Positions 1 through 13,743 are shown, numbered from the stretch's first letter. The stretch is DNA of 64,000 nucleotides from Paragordius varius (GCA_964247055.1 OZ176055.1:3596001-3660000), one strand, 5' to 3'. Translations and numbers: made by a program. The notes: generated by a model not told the origin, from the sequence alone.

Positions 1-1234
1 ACTTTTTTGACATTTTTCGATTATTTTGCCATTTATATTAATACAATAATAATATAAAAAGTTATAGTATAATTATCATTTTTAATGCTATTTTCTCCAA
101 AAAAAGAACAGACAAAAATATAGGATTTAAATCAGAAAAAAATGGAAGGCAAAAAATCTCTAAAACAATTAACATTTATTTATTATTATAAAAGGATGAA
201 ATGATCCCAGGAGATATATTTTATTATGATGATTATTAAAAAAATGTATTTTATTATTTGTTAATAGAATAGCTAGTTAGTTGTTAACACTTCTTTATTA
301 ACAAATTAATATTTCAATAATAATTACATTTTTTCGTTGTATATGTGTATGTGTGTTTTTATATAATTTTTTGAAAACCAATTATCATTCATTTTATTGG
401 TTATTATAGAATGAACCATCATACCATTAAAAAATCAAACACTTTTACTTTTGTAAAGCAAAAAAATAAAAATCAATTTAGAAAATATATAAAATGATTG
501 TCATTTTAAGATTTAATATATATATTTTACCCTAATAAATCTTTGCGCTGTATTTTTAACCGCGCAATTCTAACTTATGCATAAATATATTACAAACAAC
601 AAGAAATATTATTACATATGTAATGACATAACTCTAGCAGAAGACAACGGAATATAAATTGCTTAATTATTATTATTATTGTTAATATCATTGTATCAGC
701 ATTAATTTGTTATCTCGTATAAATATTTTTGTTTCTTTAATTAATTTTTTTTCTTTCATAATCATTTCCTTGAACATGAATAAAAAGTTGTTGAAAGTTG
801 TGTCATACTCACAAAACTGTATCATTGTTCAAAAATTTTGGTGATTTAATAATTGGAACCCTAGATTTTTATAAGAGTTAATTCTATAGTACGTAAATAC
901 CCTGGAGTTCCGCAAAAAATAAAAAAAATATATATATACCAATATATTTTATATCGGCATTCACATGCCATTATCTTAACCATCAAATCATACCATAATA
1001 TAAAATTGACCATTTCCCCAAAAAACAATTATATATATTATAAAACATGTACATAAAACTATTTTATTTTATATTTAAATTTTATTTTTACGTTTAACAA
1101 AGATTACTTGTAGTAATCGAAATATCATAAATCTATATAATTTTAGCTGAATTATACATATATAATAATAAAACTATTTTATTTTTAACATGTATTTAAT
1201 ATTCCAGCCATATATATATATATATATATATAAA

Positions 1235-4200
1235 TTAATAATTTTTGTGACAATAATAAGGGCCTCCCGTATCGCCCAATCCTTCGTCAACTTTTTGCTT
1301 ATCAATCATGGTTTCTACCTTTTTTCGGGCATACCTATTAAGTAATTGAGTTATTTGTCCATTTTGTATGGAATAACAAGTAGTTTTATTATCTCCTAAA
1401 CCACTATTGACCGTTTCTTTCTTTATGAGGGCCAGTAAAAAAGGACGCAAAACATCAAAACTCAAACCAAAATCAGTGGGGAGCCCTGGAATGTTTGCAT
1501 CTAAAACATGCTTGAAAATGGCATCGATTCGTTCTTTAGCTTCTGTGGGAAAAGTGTATTCCCGAACATATAGAATATATTGGTTGTGATAATCTTGCTT
1601 TTTATGTGAATGAGTATTATTATTATTATTGGTAAGGGTTTGATTTGATGACACGATAATTGACATGTCCTAAAAATATGAAAAAAAAACAATGATTTAA
1701 ATTACAGTAAAAATCAATATTATTAAGACAAATCTTATGATTACTATTTTGTGAAAAATATAATAGGTTTACCAATTTACATCTCTTTTCACCCTTTTGT
1801 AATCAAAACATGAAGTATTAAATAAAAATATATGGTTGTTTGTCTTTTAATTTTTATGTTTTGTTTATATCAGGGGTATCCAACACGCGGCCCTCCAAAA
1901 TATTTCTGCACCCGTGAGAAATCTTAATATTTTAAGTGATCCAAATAGAATTTATTTTCCTAAAAAAAATTCTGATAAAGTTATTGCGAATTTCGGCCAT
2001 GAAATAGCAAAAATTATCAAAATAATTAGTACATTTTACAGTCTTTTGATTAAATTCTAATAAAATATTTGTTATTTCCCATATATGTATGCGGCCAGTT
2101 GGGTTTTTTGATCTGAAAATGCGGTCCGCGAGGCCATTTGTTTTGGACAGCCCTGGGTTAAATGATTTTTATTTAACCTGTGTATATCAATATCTATTTA
2201 TTTATTAATCAAGGTATATTAAACTTGAAGATATGAATGTTGCGGTTGAATCTCAAAAGGTAAGGCTCGCTTCCACACCTCCATAAAATAATTGAAGGGC
2301 ATATAAGGTTTTTTGGTGTTTGTTAGTATGTCCTCGGCATAAAATCTTGCGACCTATATGATAAAACGAAAGATTTATTATATTGATTAATAAAATCTAC
2401 ATATATGAAAACATAAATTTTGTAATAGAATTAATCTCAGATTTAATTTAATTAAATGTCAGTCAATATACATATCTATAATTCTGAGTGTGCATATAAT
2501 GACCTCAATTTTAAATAAAAATTTTTGAAATTGAAACCGTTTCGATTCCAATTCCTACTGTTTTATTCTCTCTTTTTTTGATTCGATACATTTTTTGCCA
2601 AAAAATTTTATAACGGTTTGTTTAGTAATAAAAAATATAAAATACTAAATCCGGTTTTAGGGTGTACGAATCAGTTGACGAGCGATTAAACGGTCGCGTG
2701 AATTTCTCAAAAACTAATTCCAGGACTTCTCTAAAAATATATTTTGTATAAATCAATATAAATTTTCGATCAATTATATTCATATTATAAGATCAAAAAA
2801 TAGTAAAAGTTTTTTTGATTATTTTATATCTTTTATACTTTAAAAATTAGATATATATCTAAAACAGTGTATCAAGTTTTAAAGTTCATTTTATGGGTTT
2901 GAGGATCCATTTTGGATGGAATTGCAAAAAAAAATACTTAAAACGGCTTAATTACCTATACTATTAAAAATAATCATAAACACTTAAAGTATTAGAATAT
3001 ATTTTGATAATATTAAGAATTTAGGCTAATAACTAAGTTAAACACCTAGGATAGCTTCGTTTTTAAATATTAAAATAGACTTTTTAGAGCTGTAAATTAG
3101 GATGACTTCCCTAGGTCTGTATGTAGGGCATTATTTTTGACGTTTAAAATATATAAAAATTTAAGGAAAAAACAGGTGATAGCATAAATTTTGTGGGAAA
3201 TCTTAGTTGTTGTAGCTTTTTTATGTTTCCTATCAAAGATAATAAAATATCTATATTGAAAAAGTTGTAGCCCAAATACACATATTTCTTTTATTATATG
3301 GTATTTCCTCAATTATTATTCATTTTCAAAAAGTTAAATTGATAATCGATTCATTAGACAACAAATTTTGACTTTTTTAAGTGCCATTCTTGAAAATTTA
3401 AAATTTATTTCATTAAAGTACATAAATAGTATATCTGAAAAAAAATGGTCTAACACCTAAGAATTTTATTTTATTAGGGTTTATGGATAATTTTTGGCCC
3501 CGATTTAACCTTAAAGTCGAAATTGTCAAAATTAAAAGTTTTAAATATAGAGCCATGTATTTTATATCATTCGAAAGAGCTCAAAAGACTGTATCTTTCG
3601 AACAGTAGTTGGTCATTTAAATTAATCTGAAGGAAAAGTTATTTGGGTTTATATGTCAAAATTTTCAGCCCATAAAAGTCAAAATTTTCACAGACAAACT
3701 AATTTAAAAATCATATAAATTATTTTGATATAATTATTAGGGTTAAATTAGTAAAAAATTAAAAAAACTTTTAAAAAAGCTTTTGGTTTGCTTTTTTAAT
3801 AAAATCATTTTTATCAAAATTATTTTAACTCGTGTATACTTAAATAGTTATAATTGCAAATTAATTACATAATGGTTATAAAAGATCAAAAATGGTTTTA
3901 ACTTTGTCTTTATTTGAAATTTTGAAATTATTCCTAAAGAAAATAAAATTATATCGATGAGATGGTAATTTTTTATACAACAAAAAACTTAAAAATGGCT
4001 GTTTTGAATGACTTAAGAGCAATAAATAAGTGTTTTAATCGAAAAAACTTTTCTGTTTTTTTTGGATATTCATTGTCATCTAGACAAAAAAATTAAATTA
4101 ATAAAAGCGCTCTCGCTTCGCGCGTTTGTCGCTTCTTTTGTGCAATATTAACCATCGATGTAAAGCATAATAGCATGCTTTTCATAGAGTTTTCATTGCT

Positions 4201-7082
4201 CTTTCAAACGATATATTACAAATGGTTTGTAGTATAATTTCAAAGAAAATATTTTTTATTTGATAAAGAGGGCGCATTATCATATAAAATCATATTAAAC
4301 CAAATTCTTAGGTGAAAATAATTTTTATATCAGATTTACTGTTAAAATGATAGTAAAAATCTGAAAATGCAAAAAAACTCGAGTGACAGAAAAATTCGTT
4401 GTCTACTGTTATTTAACAATTACTTTTGGAAAAGGTCGCTTAAAGCTGTCATCGTTTCAGCCTTTGATATTTGACCATTAGCAATGTCCCAAGAGTTTTC
4501 TTCAATGAAAGATATGATATGGTTTACCATTTGTTTGTAATACGTCGATTCTATCATGAATACTTGAGATTTTTTATCATTTACGTTTTGAACAAAAAAG
4601 GCTCCCATTTTCGTTAGTAATTCCTTTATTTCAAGTGTACTAGCTTGTATACTTTCACAAACATTATCCCATGATATAGGCTAACAAACATAATTACAAA
4701 TCTAATCATACCTGAAATGCCCTATAATCATCCGTATCTTTGAGCGTATAATTGGCTAATAATTGGGAAAGATGACTATATATGTTTGGAGTAACGAGGG
4801 ACACCTCATAAAATGTATTGGTTGTGTGTTGACATATCTATCAATAAAATATCACTAAAATACTAGAATATTGTAATAATAATATATTAAAATTGTATTA
4901 TCAAGTGCGTTTTCAATATTTCAACCATCGTATATGCATGATTTTTCCAGCAGCCAAAAAATATAACTAGGCTCAATTTAAATCCTTAAATAATTTAGTA
5001 GCCAATCAAAAACACTACACAGTTAAGATTTGTACAAATCAGAAATATATTAACCACAACTTCAATTACGAACGATAACGGCAATGATTTTGAAATTACA
5101 ACGCAAGGAAAAAACAAAGTCTATTATCTTTTATATAAGAGGGAGACTTAAATTATTTTGGAGGCCCATATAGACCTTAAACACTCTACCCTGGGCTGAC
5201 AGTAATGATATGAAGTCAGGGGTTTAAAACTTATAGGCATAAAGCTTAAGTCAGACACCCTAACCAATCTATCATTACAAAAATATACAATAAACAAATT
5301 GTTAAGATAAAACATAAAAATCAAAGAATCTTTTATAACTTATGTCAACAACCTGGTTTTATTATAAAAACCTATTGTTTTGAGTATAGTTGCAAATCGC
5401 TAAAACACAAACATTTTTATTAAATTGTGATGTTAACACTTCATGGCCTTTTCACTTTTTTTCCGCGATAATATATTGGGTTAGTTTTATATCCCAGAGC
5501 TAACTAATGTTTTGAAAGTTATTTTAGTTAAAATTTAATTGTCAAACATTGTTATCATGTATTAAATAAAAGCTTAAAATTATAACACTTTTGTGGCTAA
5601 TAGAGTCTATAGGACAGCTCCAAAACTAGATTGACAAACAGCCGATGTATATATTATATATATATTATATATATATCATGTTTTTGCTGGTAAAATATAG
5701 TCCAAAGCTCTTTAAAATTAGTTATTAATATTTTCTATATAATATACATTTAATTTACATGTTACATTAGACATTATAGAAAAGTGGCGGAAACAAAGTT
5801 TCTAAGATATTTTTACAATTTTATATTAAAAAATTGTATAATGCGCCTAAAAGGCTAAAGAAAGCATATTTTTGAATTCGGCTCGATACCTTAAATTTTT
5901 TTAAATTCAAATCAAATCGCTCTTAGATACAAAACTACTCCAAAGATTATGGAATGTTAAAGGTTATACGAAAATATAAGATTTATGACTGCTTTAATAT
6001 TGTTTTTTATTTATACGTTTTGTTATACAAATGTGAAAAATAACATAATGTTGAAACGGAATTTCGTTTTGAGAAAATATCACGTTAGTAGGTTTTAAAG
6101 TCTTTATAACCAAAGGTCGTACGAAAATTTTAATAATTTTTTCCAAACGATTTTATAGCCAGAAAAAATATTAAAAACATATAAATTCAAACACATTTAA
6201 AAAGAAAAAAATAAAATATTTTGGTCGAAAGATAATAAAGAGCATTTAAAGTAGGATTAACTATTAAATTTAACAGTAGATAATAATCCAATTGTTATCC
6301 CAATAAATATATGTTAGAAAAAATTATTCATCATTAACAGAAGCAAATATTAAGTTTATCAAGCCTCCATTTTAACTAAATAAAATTTTAATAGAATTTT
6401 AACGATAAATTATATGAATAAAAATTTGAGTCATAAAATTGCCTTAAATTTTCAGTTTATTTTAACAAGGATCATTTTACAAACATTTTATTCATTTAAC
6501 TCCATCTTAAAAAACAAATATATATTTATTTATTCCAAATATTTTTGCTGTAGTATCGTAAGTTCTAAAAACTATTTTTCACGCCTAACTCACTGGCTTA
6601 AGAGTTTCGAAACCAGAGCATTGCATTTTTGTTACCAGTATTTCCAAATTCCACATCAATTAATATTCAAATATCATATTAAAATCAGGTATTTAAAAAT
6701 CAAAAAGGATAACGAATATAATTCGTGATCTCAACAAATAAAAACTTAAAAAAATACCAAATTTCCTGGTTCCTTTTCTTCAAAAAGACAGTAACAATTA
6801 GTGGTTTCAGCTTGTTTAACCAAATATGTTTTAGAATCTGAACAGATTACCGTATTTTGTTCCGGTGAACCTTTTATATGATATCTTTATATATATATAT
6901 ATATATATTTTTACTTGTCTATATAGGGTTGTATGTCCGAGGTAATTTGCATAAATTTACAATTATTTTTAGTTTTTTGATATTTTAAAGTGCCATAATA
7001 ATTTAGTTGATTTGATTCTATACCTAAAAAATCTGCCAGCTTTTGCAAATCCATTCAATTTTGAATCGCCTAACAGAGCAAA
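1235..7082 (-). CDS. DSCC1: Sister chromatid cohesion protein DCC1 (Ctf18-RFC subunit), multi-exon; first exon(s) unresolved, probably about 7090-7311
   Basis: Phase-consistent GT-AG exons: 7082-7024, 6884-6758, 4837-4712, 4680-4424, 2730-2646, 2353-2225, 1669-1235. The product FALLG..YHIKGSPEQNTVICSDSKTYLVKQAETTN..FYEV..IQASTLEIKELL..MVNHIISFIEENSW..VARFYAEDIL..FMEVWKRALP..FPTEAKERIDAIF..ITQLLNRYAR is colinear with remembered DCC1 motifs (FCLLEL, IRGDKDEQAVLCSKDKTY, IQASEEEI, FQEVWQQSVP, LPEDNQERFNSLF, IGALLTKYSR). Confidence 0.88.
1871..2155. mobile_element. hAT-type MITE in DSCC1 intron
   Basis: Termini CAGGGGTATCCAA and TTGGACAGCCCTG; flanking 8-mers GTTTATAT / GGTTAAAT (6/8, degenerate TSD). 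A similar solo end CAGGGATGTCCAACACGC occurs near 29990. Confidence 0.7.
3352..4408. mobile_element. CACTA/CMC-like non-autonomous element, copy 1
   Basis: Inverted termini CATTAGACAACAAATTTT and AAAATTCGTTGTCTACTG; colinear along its length with 38779-39863, including the GC-rich core CTCTCGCTTCGCGCGTTTGTCGCT; no ORF. Confidence 0.75.
5480..6400. repeat. Dispersed repeat, related in inverted orientation to about 14590-15420
   Basis: Shared blocks such as TTGTATAATGCGCCT (about 5835) versus AGGCGCATTATACAA (about 14688), and recurring CCAGAGCGATTT motifs. Boundaries approximate, class unknown. Confidence 0.45.
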
Positions 7083-8173
7083 CTGATGTTATATTATTAT
7101 TTTCACACATGCGCATTTTTATGTTGTATTTAGTGTTTTTGTTTGAGGAGCATATATTACTGTAATTTGCATGGTAAATGTAAATTGTATAATACACGTA
7201 TATATAACACATCATTGCGATTAACTTATGGACAAAGTTAGTTTGCTCTTTAAAACAAAGTTTAATTTTAACAACACCAATAATTTTTATATGCAGTTTA
7301 TATAACCTCATTTTTAATCAATAAATTTGGTTTAACACTTTATTACCTATATATGAATTCTTATTTTGCGACTAAAAATTAAATACTTAAAAATGTAAAT
7401 AAAAAAAATCCTCTAATTTTTTCGCCCCCATTTTGTAAATTTTTTAATCCCTAATACGACAGTTGAACAAAAGTTATTATGTTTCAACCTAAATAAGCTT
7501 TCAGGTTACAACTTGATTTTTATAGATAATAAACTGTTTGTTTCAGTCGTGTTTTTGAGTCGTCCCGATTTGGGACACTACAATGGTGCTCATCAAATAA
7601 CTTTAAAGTACCGCAAAAACATTTATCTTGTCTCAAGGGCTGTCACTCTATATAACACCGATAAAAATGTCATAGCTGTTTGGCATATTTGTCGATTTAC
7701 AGAAAAAACTTTAAAATAGTTTAAGGCGATAAAATGACACCAATAGGGCTGCATGCGGCCCTTGGCCGTGAGTATTATTGCCTTAGAAGTTGAAAACTGT
7801 AAATAATTGAAGCTATTTTACAAAAGAGAACAAATATAATTAAATTTTAACTAAAAATTTTTTTATAAGATTGGGCTATCGGATATATGATTATTTCTAA
7901 GTAATGGTCTGCAAAAAATAATGAAGTGGAAATAGATTTTTTAAAAACCTACAAATCTGCTAATGGAGAAAGCTATGAAATTATAAAAAATTACCAAAAA
8001 AATAAATATATTTGGATAGATAATTGTATCATTCTCTGGATGCTTAGTTTGAAACTCATGATCCATTAAAACTTTCTAATCTTTTGGGTATTTTTTATCA
8101 GAGCGATTTATACGAATATGTAAAAAGCATTTATATATTGGAACTTTTCAAATATACATCCTTTGACTATTAA

Positions 8174-8682
8174 CACTTGGAAATATGCATCAGTTTGATT
8201 AATTGGGCTAGTTAGTTACCCCAGGCTTGTTTAAAAATTTTAAAAAATATCCAATAAATTAAAACCATGATAAAAGGTTGCAATTATATGAGATTACGGA
8301 ACCAAAACATAATAAAAAAATTCATTCAAAAATACTTGATATTTATTGAGAAGTAAAACCCAAAGGTAATTAGCCAACATAACATGTGTTAAGCTAAAAA
8401 AATAATGATATACCTCTTTTTCTGTTTATTATGTTAAATGTGATAATAAAAAAGTTAACTTATTATAGGCTTAAAATAAAATAAACACGATATTTTGCAA
8501 AAAAGTTGTAAAAAATGGCATAGTAATTTGATATGGAGCTTTTTTTTAAAACTTAATATTATTTAGATATTAGAACGAATAAAAGCATAATTTAAATTTA
8601 AACCGTTTTCTTCAAAAGTTTTTTTAAAAATATCAACCTAAATATTGTCTGGCATATTTAGATACCCCAATGAATCAAAGTG
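8174..8682. mobile_element. piggyBac-type (TTAA) MITE, copy 1
   Basis: TTAA|CACTT ... AAGTG|TTAA with TTAA at 8170-8173 and 8683-8686; interior similar to 14065-14576, 17233-19211 and partly 31740-31960. Confidence 0.75.
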
Positions 8683-8703
8683 TTAAGGCGAAAAAAAATC
8701 AAA

Positions 8704-9300
8704 TCTGTATATTTATAAAATTGGAAAATGATGGCTTTGTGATCTGGTACCGGAAAACCGGTAGACCCATTCAAATCCAAATATTGAAAAAATATAATCA
8801 TTAATAAATGCCCTGAAAATAGCTTTCCCTTTTTTTAAATTAGGCCCCCAGTTCGGGCCTTGCCCTGTGTAAAAAAACGGGTTTTTTAAAAACAGAAGTC
8901 CATAAAAATCGTGTCTTTGAGACAATTTTCCTAAGAACGTGTTGGACCTTGTTTACTTAGATTTTTTAATTTAGGCCTCTTTTTACCCGCTCCCCCCGTA
9001 AAATGCCATTTTTTTCCAAAACAAAGTCCACAAAAATAATTTTTTGAATCTATTTTTCGCCAAAGGTATGAGACCGTAAAAATTCAATAAAGATTCTACG
9101 TATTCCCTGTTAAAAGACAAAAATAGTCAAACGTTTCTTTGATGATAGCTGCTGAGTACGGAGCTACCCGAGAAAAACTGAGCCGTCATATCGAAATCGC
9201 GTGCTTTTGGGGCTAAATTTCAGAAAACCTATCAGGCATATAAGTTCGATAGCTGCTTATAGTATTACCCGTAAAAAGTCAAAAATATTAGTCGAGCGGA
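8704..9300 (+). mobile_element. Non-autonomous Helitron-family copy (long variant), 3' end unclear
   Basis: Starts A|TCTGTATATTTATAAAATTGG (5' TC after A); same body as 12810-13233 and 30230-31192. Confidence 0.6.
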
Positions 9301-9726
9301 TTTTTTAAATTAGCCGTTAAATAGGCCCTTAACGCCCTATAAAATGCGCTATCATTGAACTATTATTTATTTTTGAAGCCATTCTTCCAAAAACCATTAG
9401 GAATGAATGATAAATCCAGGTATAAAGGCAAATTTTTTTTATCTAACTACATTTTTATATTGGCCTCTGGGTAGGGGGCTACCCGCCTACAACTGCGCCA
9501 TCATATCGATACAGCATGCCTTTAGAGCCAAATTTCAGAAAACTTATGAGACTGTGAATTATTTTAAAACTTCGTGCCGCATAATTTGCTTATAAAATTA
9601 AAAATATATTATGCTCATTTCAAATAAAATTGTCTATCTCAACATTTAAACAAGACAATTAAATGATATATCAGACTTTATTGATTTTAAACATAAAATC
9701 GTATTCGTTTATTGTTTTATTATTTA

Positions 9727-9756
9727 CTAGCTAGCCCTGTCACGCTTTGCTGTGAT
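9727..9756 (-). mobile_element. Isolated Helitron 3' terminus
   Basis: Minus strand reads CACAGCAAAGCGTGACAGGGCTAGCTAG|T: hairpin followed by CTAG and target T. The same hairpin block is on the plus strand near 30200-30221. Confidence 0.55.
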
Positions 9757-10241
9757 GTAGTCTCAAATTATTCTTAATGATTTGCAATAAATAGAAGCAA
9801 TGAGTATTAATATTAAAAAATAAAGTTAACTTGAATTTTGGCATTTATTATATTGATTTTCATTGAGTATATTTTATGTTACTGATATAAAGGGCTAAAT
9901 TTAATTGGACTTACTAAATTGAGTTTTTAAATCTATCTATTCATATTGAACTAAAATTTCCAAAATTATTTATATTATATATAAATTTATGATTATTGAT
10001 CAAGTTCTCTGCAAATAAATTGATTTTTTACGAATATAACCATATATGGAAAAAATGGAAATTTTTTTTTCTATATTATCATTTTTTTAAACTTAATTTT
10101 TTGAGACTTATTTGACACAACGGTCATATTAAGCTAGGAATGATATCATGACTATACCCAAATTTGCACACTCTATTAGTTAAAGAGATAATGGGTATGT
10201 TAGACGTAAAATATAAGGTCAAACAATAATTAGTAGGTTTC

Positions 10242-10278
<37 letters not shown>

Positions 10279-11261
10279 ATCGAAAAGTTATTAAAAAATA
10301 AAACATAAATGTTAAAAAAACAATACAATAAATTCTTTTTTTATATATTTTCAGGGGACAAATATCGGCCATTATATTATAACTTAAATTATCCACCTAT
10401 TTCATTTGTATTAAAGTACTTACAAATAACACTGCTCTAGGTAGAAATTTAAAAATATTATAATTTTATCTTAAGTTTACTCCAAATAATATAGAGAATA
10501 AAATAAAAGCAACACGCTAATACCAAAATAATTTATATAAAAAATATAATCCAAATGTTATTATACTGATAAAACGTAAAAATTAAGACATTAAATGTTT
10601 TACTGTCAATATTTATTTAATAACCCATTATTTTACATTGCAAAGTAGAGGTCGTAAAATTTATACGGAAAAAACGTAAAAATAGAAGAAAATTACTTCA
10701 AAATACATCCATATTTTAAAACAAACTGTAATAGAAAACATTTTAATCGTAAAATATATAATGGATTGTGCTACCAATTTACATCTCTATTTTATACTTT
10801 GCAGTTTAAAACAAACACATATATTAGATATCAAGATTTAAAATAGTTGTCTTTAAAAAAATATTTGTTATATTTTTGTCCGATAACTTTAAAATTAATT
10901 AATATATTATGTAAGAAAAACAAGTTTTGAAAAATGTATGGCTGTCCTTTTGCCTTAAAAATTTTTCCGTCTGTAAAATTCTAATACTACTGTAAATCAT
11001 TACAACATAACAAATGTAATATTTTATTATTGTAATAAATCATTCATCTATTTATATTTTAAAGTGTTTTGTTAAAAATTGGTCCTACATACTATAATTT
11101 ACTTTAACTTATGTCGTTTGGTTTACAAATAATTAAAACAGCGTACCGCTGCTTTCTAAGTGAAGATTGCAAACTGAATTAAATACTAAAAATTTGTATG
11201 GTAAATATTCCTTTTGAAAAAATGCTAAAATGACGAGTCCAGGTAAATTAATTTAAAGGGT

Positions 11262-11297
<36 letters not shown>

Positions 11298-12809
11298 CTT
11301 AAAAGATTTTATGAAAAATTTTAAGGTTTAAGCATATTACCTTTTAAAAGCATTATTGTAAACATTGCTATATAATATTTGAAAAAAAACAAATTCCTCT
11401 TTTTTAGAAATAAAAACCATACCTTTTCAAATTAAATTGACTTTATATGCTGTATTGTACTCGATGAATTAGTTATTTATCGAAAAAAATTTTTGAATTT
11501 AATTCCATGAATAAATTGTATGCCACTTCTGGGGATATTCCACTACCATTCTTTATCTTTATTAAATTAACGCATATAAATCAAAAAATAATTGATCTTA
11601 TACTTAAAAATAGATGCTTAATTAAATAAATTATTAAAAATTCAAAGTCTTAAAATTTTGTGGTGTTAAGTTTGCCTTGTGAATAAAAATCATCCATCTA
11701 TATTATATGAAGGGTGCTTTATAAAATTGACTAAACATACAACAACGCAAAATGAATTATTTTTTAAAAAATAGTTCATTTTGCGTTACACAACTAAGAT
11801 TGACTCTATTTATTTATTAATATTTAAAACTGTCAGTTTTTGGAATCAAAATTAACCACCTATATATAATAAATAGGCTATTTTTTAAGTTTTCAAAACC
11901 TTTGTGAAAAAGGCAAAAAAATAAATTAATTGAAACATTTTCGGATGTTATGGATCGCATTCATCTGCCAAATTTGGAATCCAAAACAAATTTGATTTTT
12001 TAATGCCGGAATGCTATTAACTTTACACGCAAGACACGAAATTCTTGTTCCCAAAATAATTATTTTTTTTTTCATGGACAAAAAATGAATTAAAATCCAA
12101 TACTTTTGTGTCAATCTCTCCATAAGGAAAGATCACATTTGCTTATATTTTATTTCAGAGAATTTTTCAGGTAAAAGCTAAATTATTAAATTTAAAAAAG
12201 CGCTATTGTTTCGTATGCTTGATGACCTTATCATTCCACACGCTGTTTTTTTATATTTTGATTAACATTGTATCATAAAAGCAATTAATATAAGTGTCAG
12301 GATCTGAAAAATCTAACAGCTAGAATGTAAAACATTTACCCTAAAACCTAATAGTCTATCATTTATCCTAGTTTTTTTATGGTCGATATAATAAGCGTTA
12401 TAAAGTTGGGCTTTAGGATGAAACCTCCCCATATTTTACAACCCTTAATATGACGAAATATGAAAATGACATTATTTAATTGAATGGCTTTTTAATAAGC
12501 AAATTTCTTGAAGTTTTAGATTTTGCGCCTTAAATTTTAATTGACTGCAAAATCGTATCCAAAAATAACTTAACCGTTAAAATGCTTTAAGAATAAAGGC
12601 TTTTTAGTCGATGCCTACGAGAAAGCCTGTGGAATTTATGGAAGGTTCTACAATCCCATGAAGTTTTTGTAAAAATACGCAATAATATTACAATAACATT
12701 CGAAATTATACGCTCTAAAAATGTATAGTAAAGTATAATTGAGCCACATAAAAGGTAACATAATGGGATTGTTATTAAAGCCAACTATTTTTTATATTTT
12801 TATTGAATA

Positions 12810-13233
12810 CTAGCGTAAATCTCGTGCTGCTACGCAGCCCGAGGAAGTCCTTCGGACTTCTGGGAGGGGAGGAAAAATAGCATTTTACGGGGGGAGCGGG
12901 TAAAAAGAGGGCTTAAATCAAAAAAGTGACTCGACTGTGTTCGGCGCAATCGAAAATAAGTAAACAAAAATCATATTTGAAATTGAATGGTCCAACACGT
13001 TCACCGGAAAATTGTCTCAAAGACACGATTTTTGTGGACTTCTGTTTTCAAAAAAACGCGTTTTTTACACGGGGTGGGCCCGAACTGGGTGCCTATTTCA
13101 AAAAAAGGGCGAAGCTATTGTCGGGACATTCATTAAAGATTATATTTTTTCGATGTTTGGATTTGAATAGGTCTGCCAGTTTTCCTGAACCAGATCACAA
13201 AGCCAGCATTTTCCATTTTTATAAATATATAGA
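12810..13233 (-). mobile_element. Complete non-autonomous Helitron (424 bp)
   Basis: Minus strand: A|TCTATATATTTATAAAAATGG at the 5' end; GC-rich hairpin (GCTGCGTAGCAGC) then CGCTAG|T at the 3' end; inserted at A^T, no TSD. Confidence 0.75.
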
Positions 13234-13296
13234 TTTACCTATCATATGTATAGGATGTTAACAAATATATGGATAATAAAACATTATTTATGGTAA

Positions 13297-13648
13297 TATA
13301 TATATTTATAAAAATGGAAAATGCTGGCTTTAAACCGGTAGACCCATTCAAATCCAAATTTCGAAAAATATAATCATTAATGAATGCCCCGACAAGAGCT
13401 TCGCCTTTTTTTCGAAATAGGCCCCCTGTTCGGGCCACAAAAAAAATTTTTTAAAAGTATTTTTCGCACAAGAAAACAATATATTAGTATGAATGCACCG
13501 TTTTGAAATTCATATGAGATCATAGGTATTAAATAATGTTTCGAAATAATTCACATATGTGGATCATTTTATTGTCCCTTTTTTCAAATAGCCCCCCTAG
13601 AAGTCCGGAGAACTTCCTCGGGGTGCGTCAGCACGAGATTTACGCTAG
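13297..13648 (+). mobile_element. Non-autonomous Helitron, internally deleted or rearranged copy
   Basis: 5' TATATATATTTATAAAAATGGAAAATGCTGGC; 3' GTGCGTCAGCAC hairpin then GAGATTTACGCTAG|T, mirroring 12810-12870. Confidence 0.7.
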
Positions 13649-13743
13649 TAATTTATAAAATTTAAAAAATACTCTTCGTAAACTTTTTTCTTTTTCTTAA
13701 ACAAATTTACCGATACAACAATTGTTAAAAATGTATTTGACAC

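Noticed and set aside
2213-2259. Apparent plus-strand exon YIKLEDMNVAVESQK followed by GTAAGG
   Set aside because: It is the antisense of DSCC1 exon 2353-2225, which has clear family motifs.
3097-3312. 71-aa minus-strand ORF considered as the missing DSCC1 middle exon
   Set aside because: No phase-compatible donor; exon 2730-2646 fits both phases and the family alignment.
11950-12088. Protein-like plus-strand frame MDRIHLPNLESK.. broken at a T6 run
   Set aside because: Short, no recognisable family, no supporting splice structure.
12587-12784. ORF and an ESLW motif resembling Tc1/Merlin transposase
   Set aside because: A single short motif with no other catalytic residues or TIRs.
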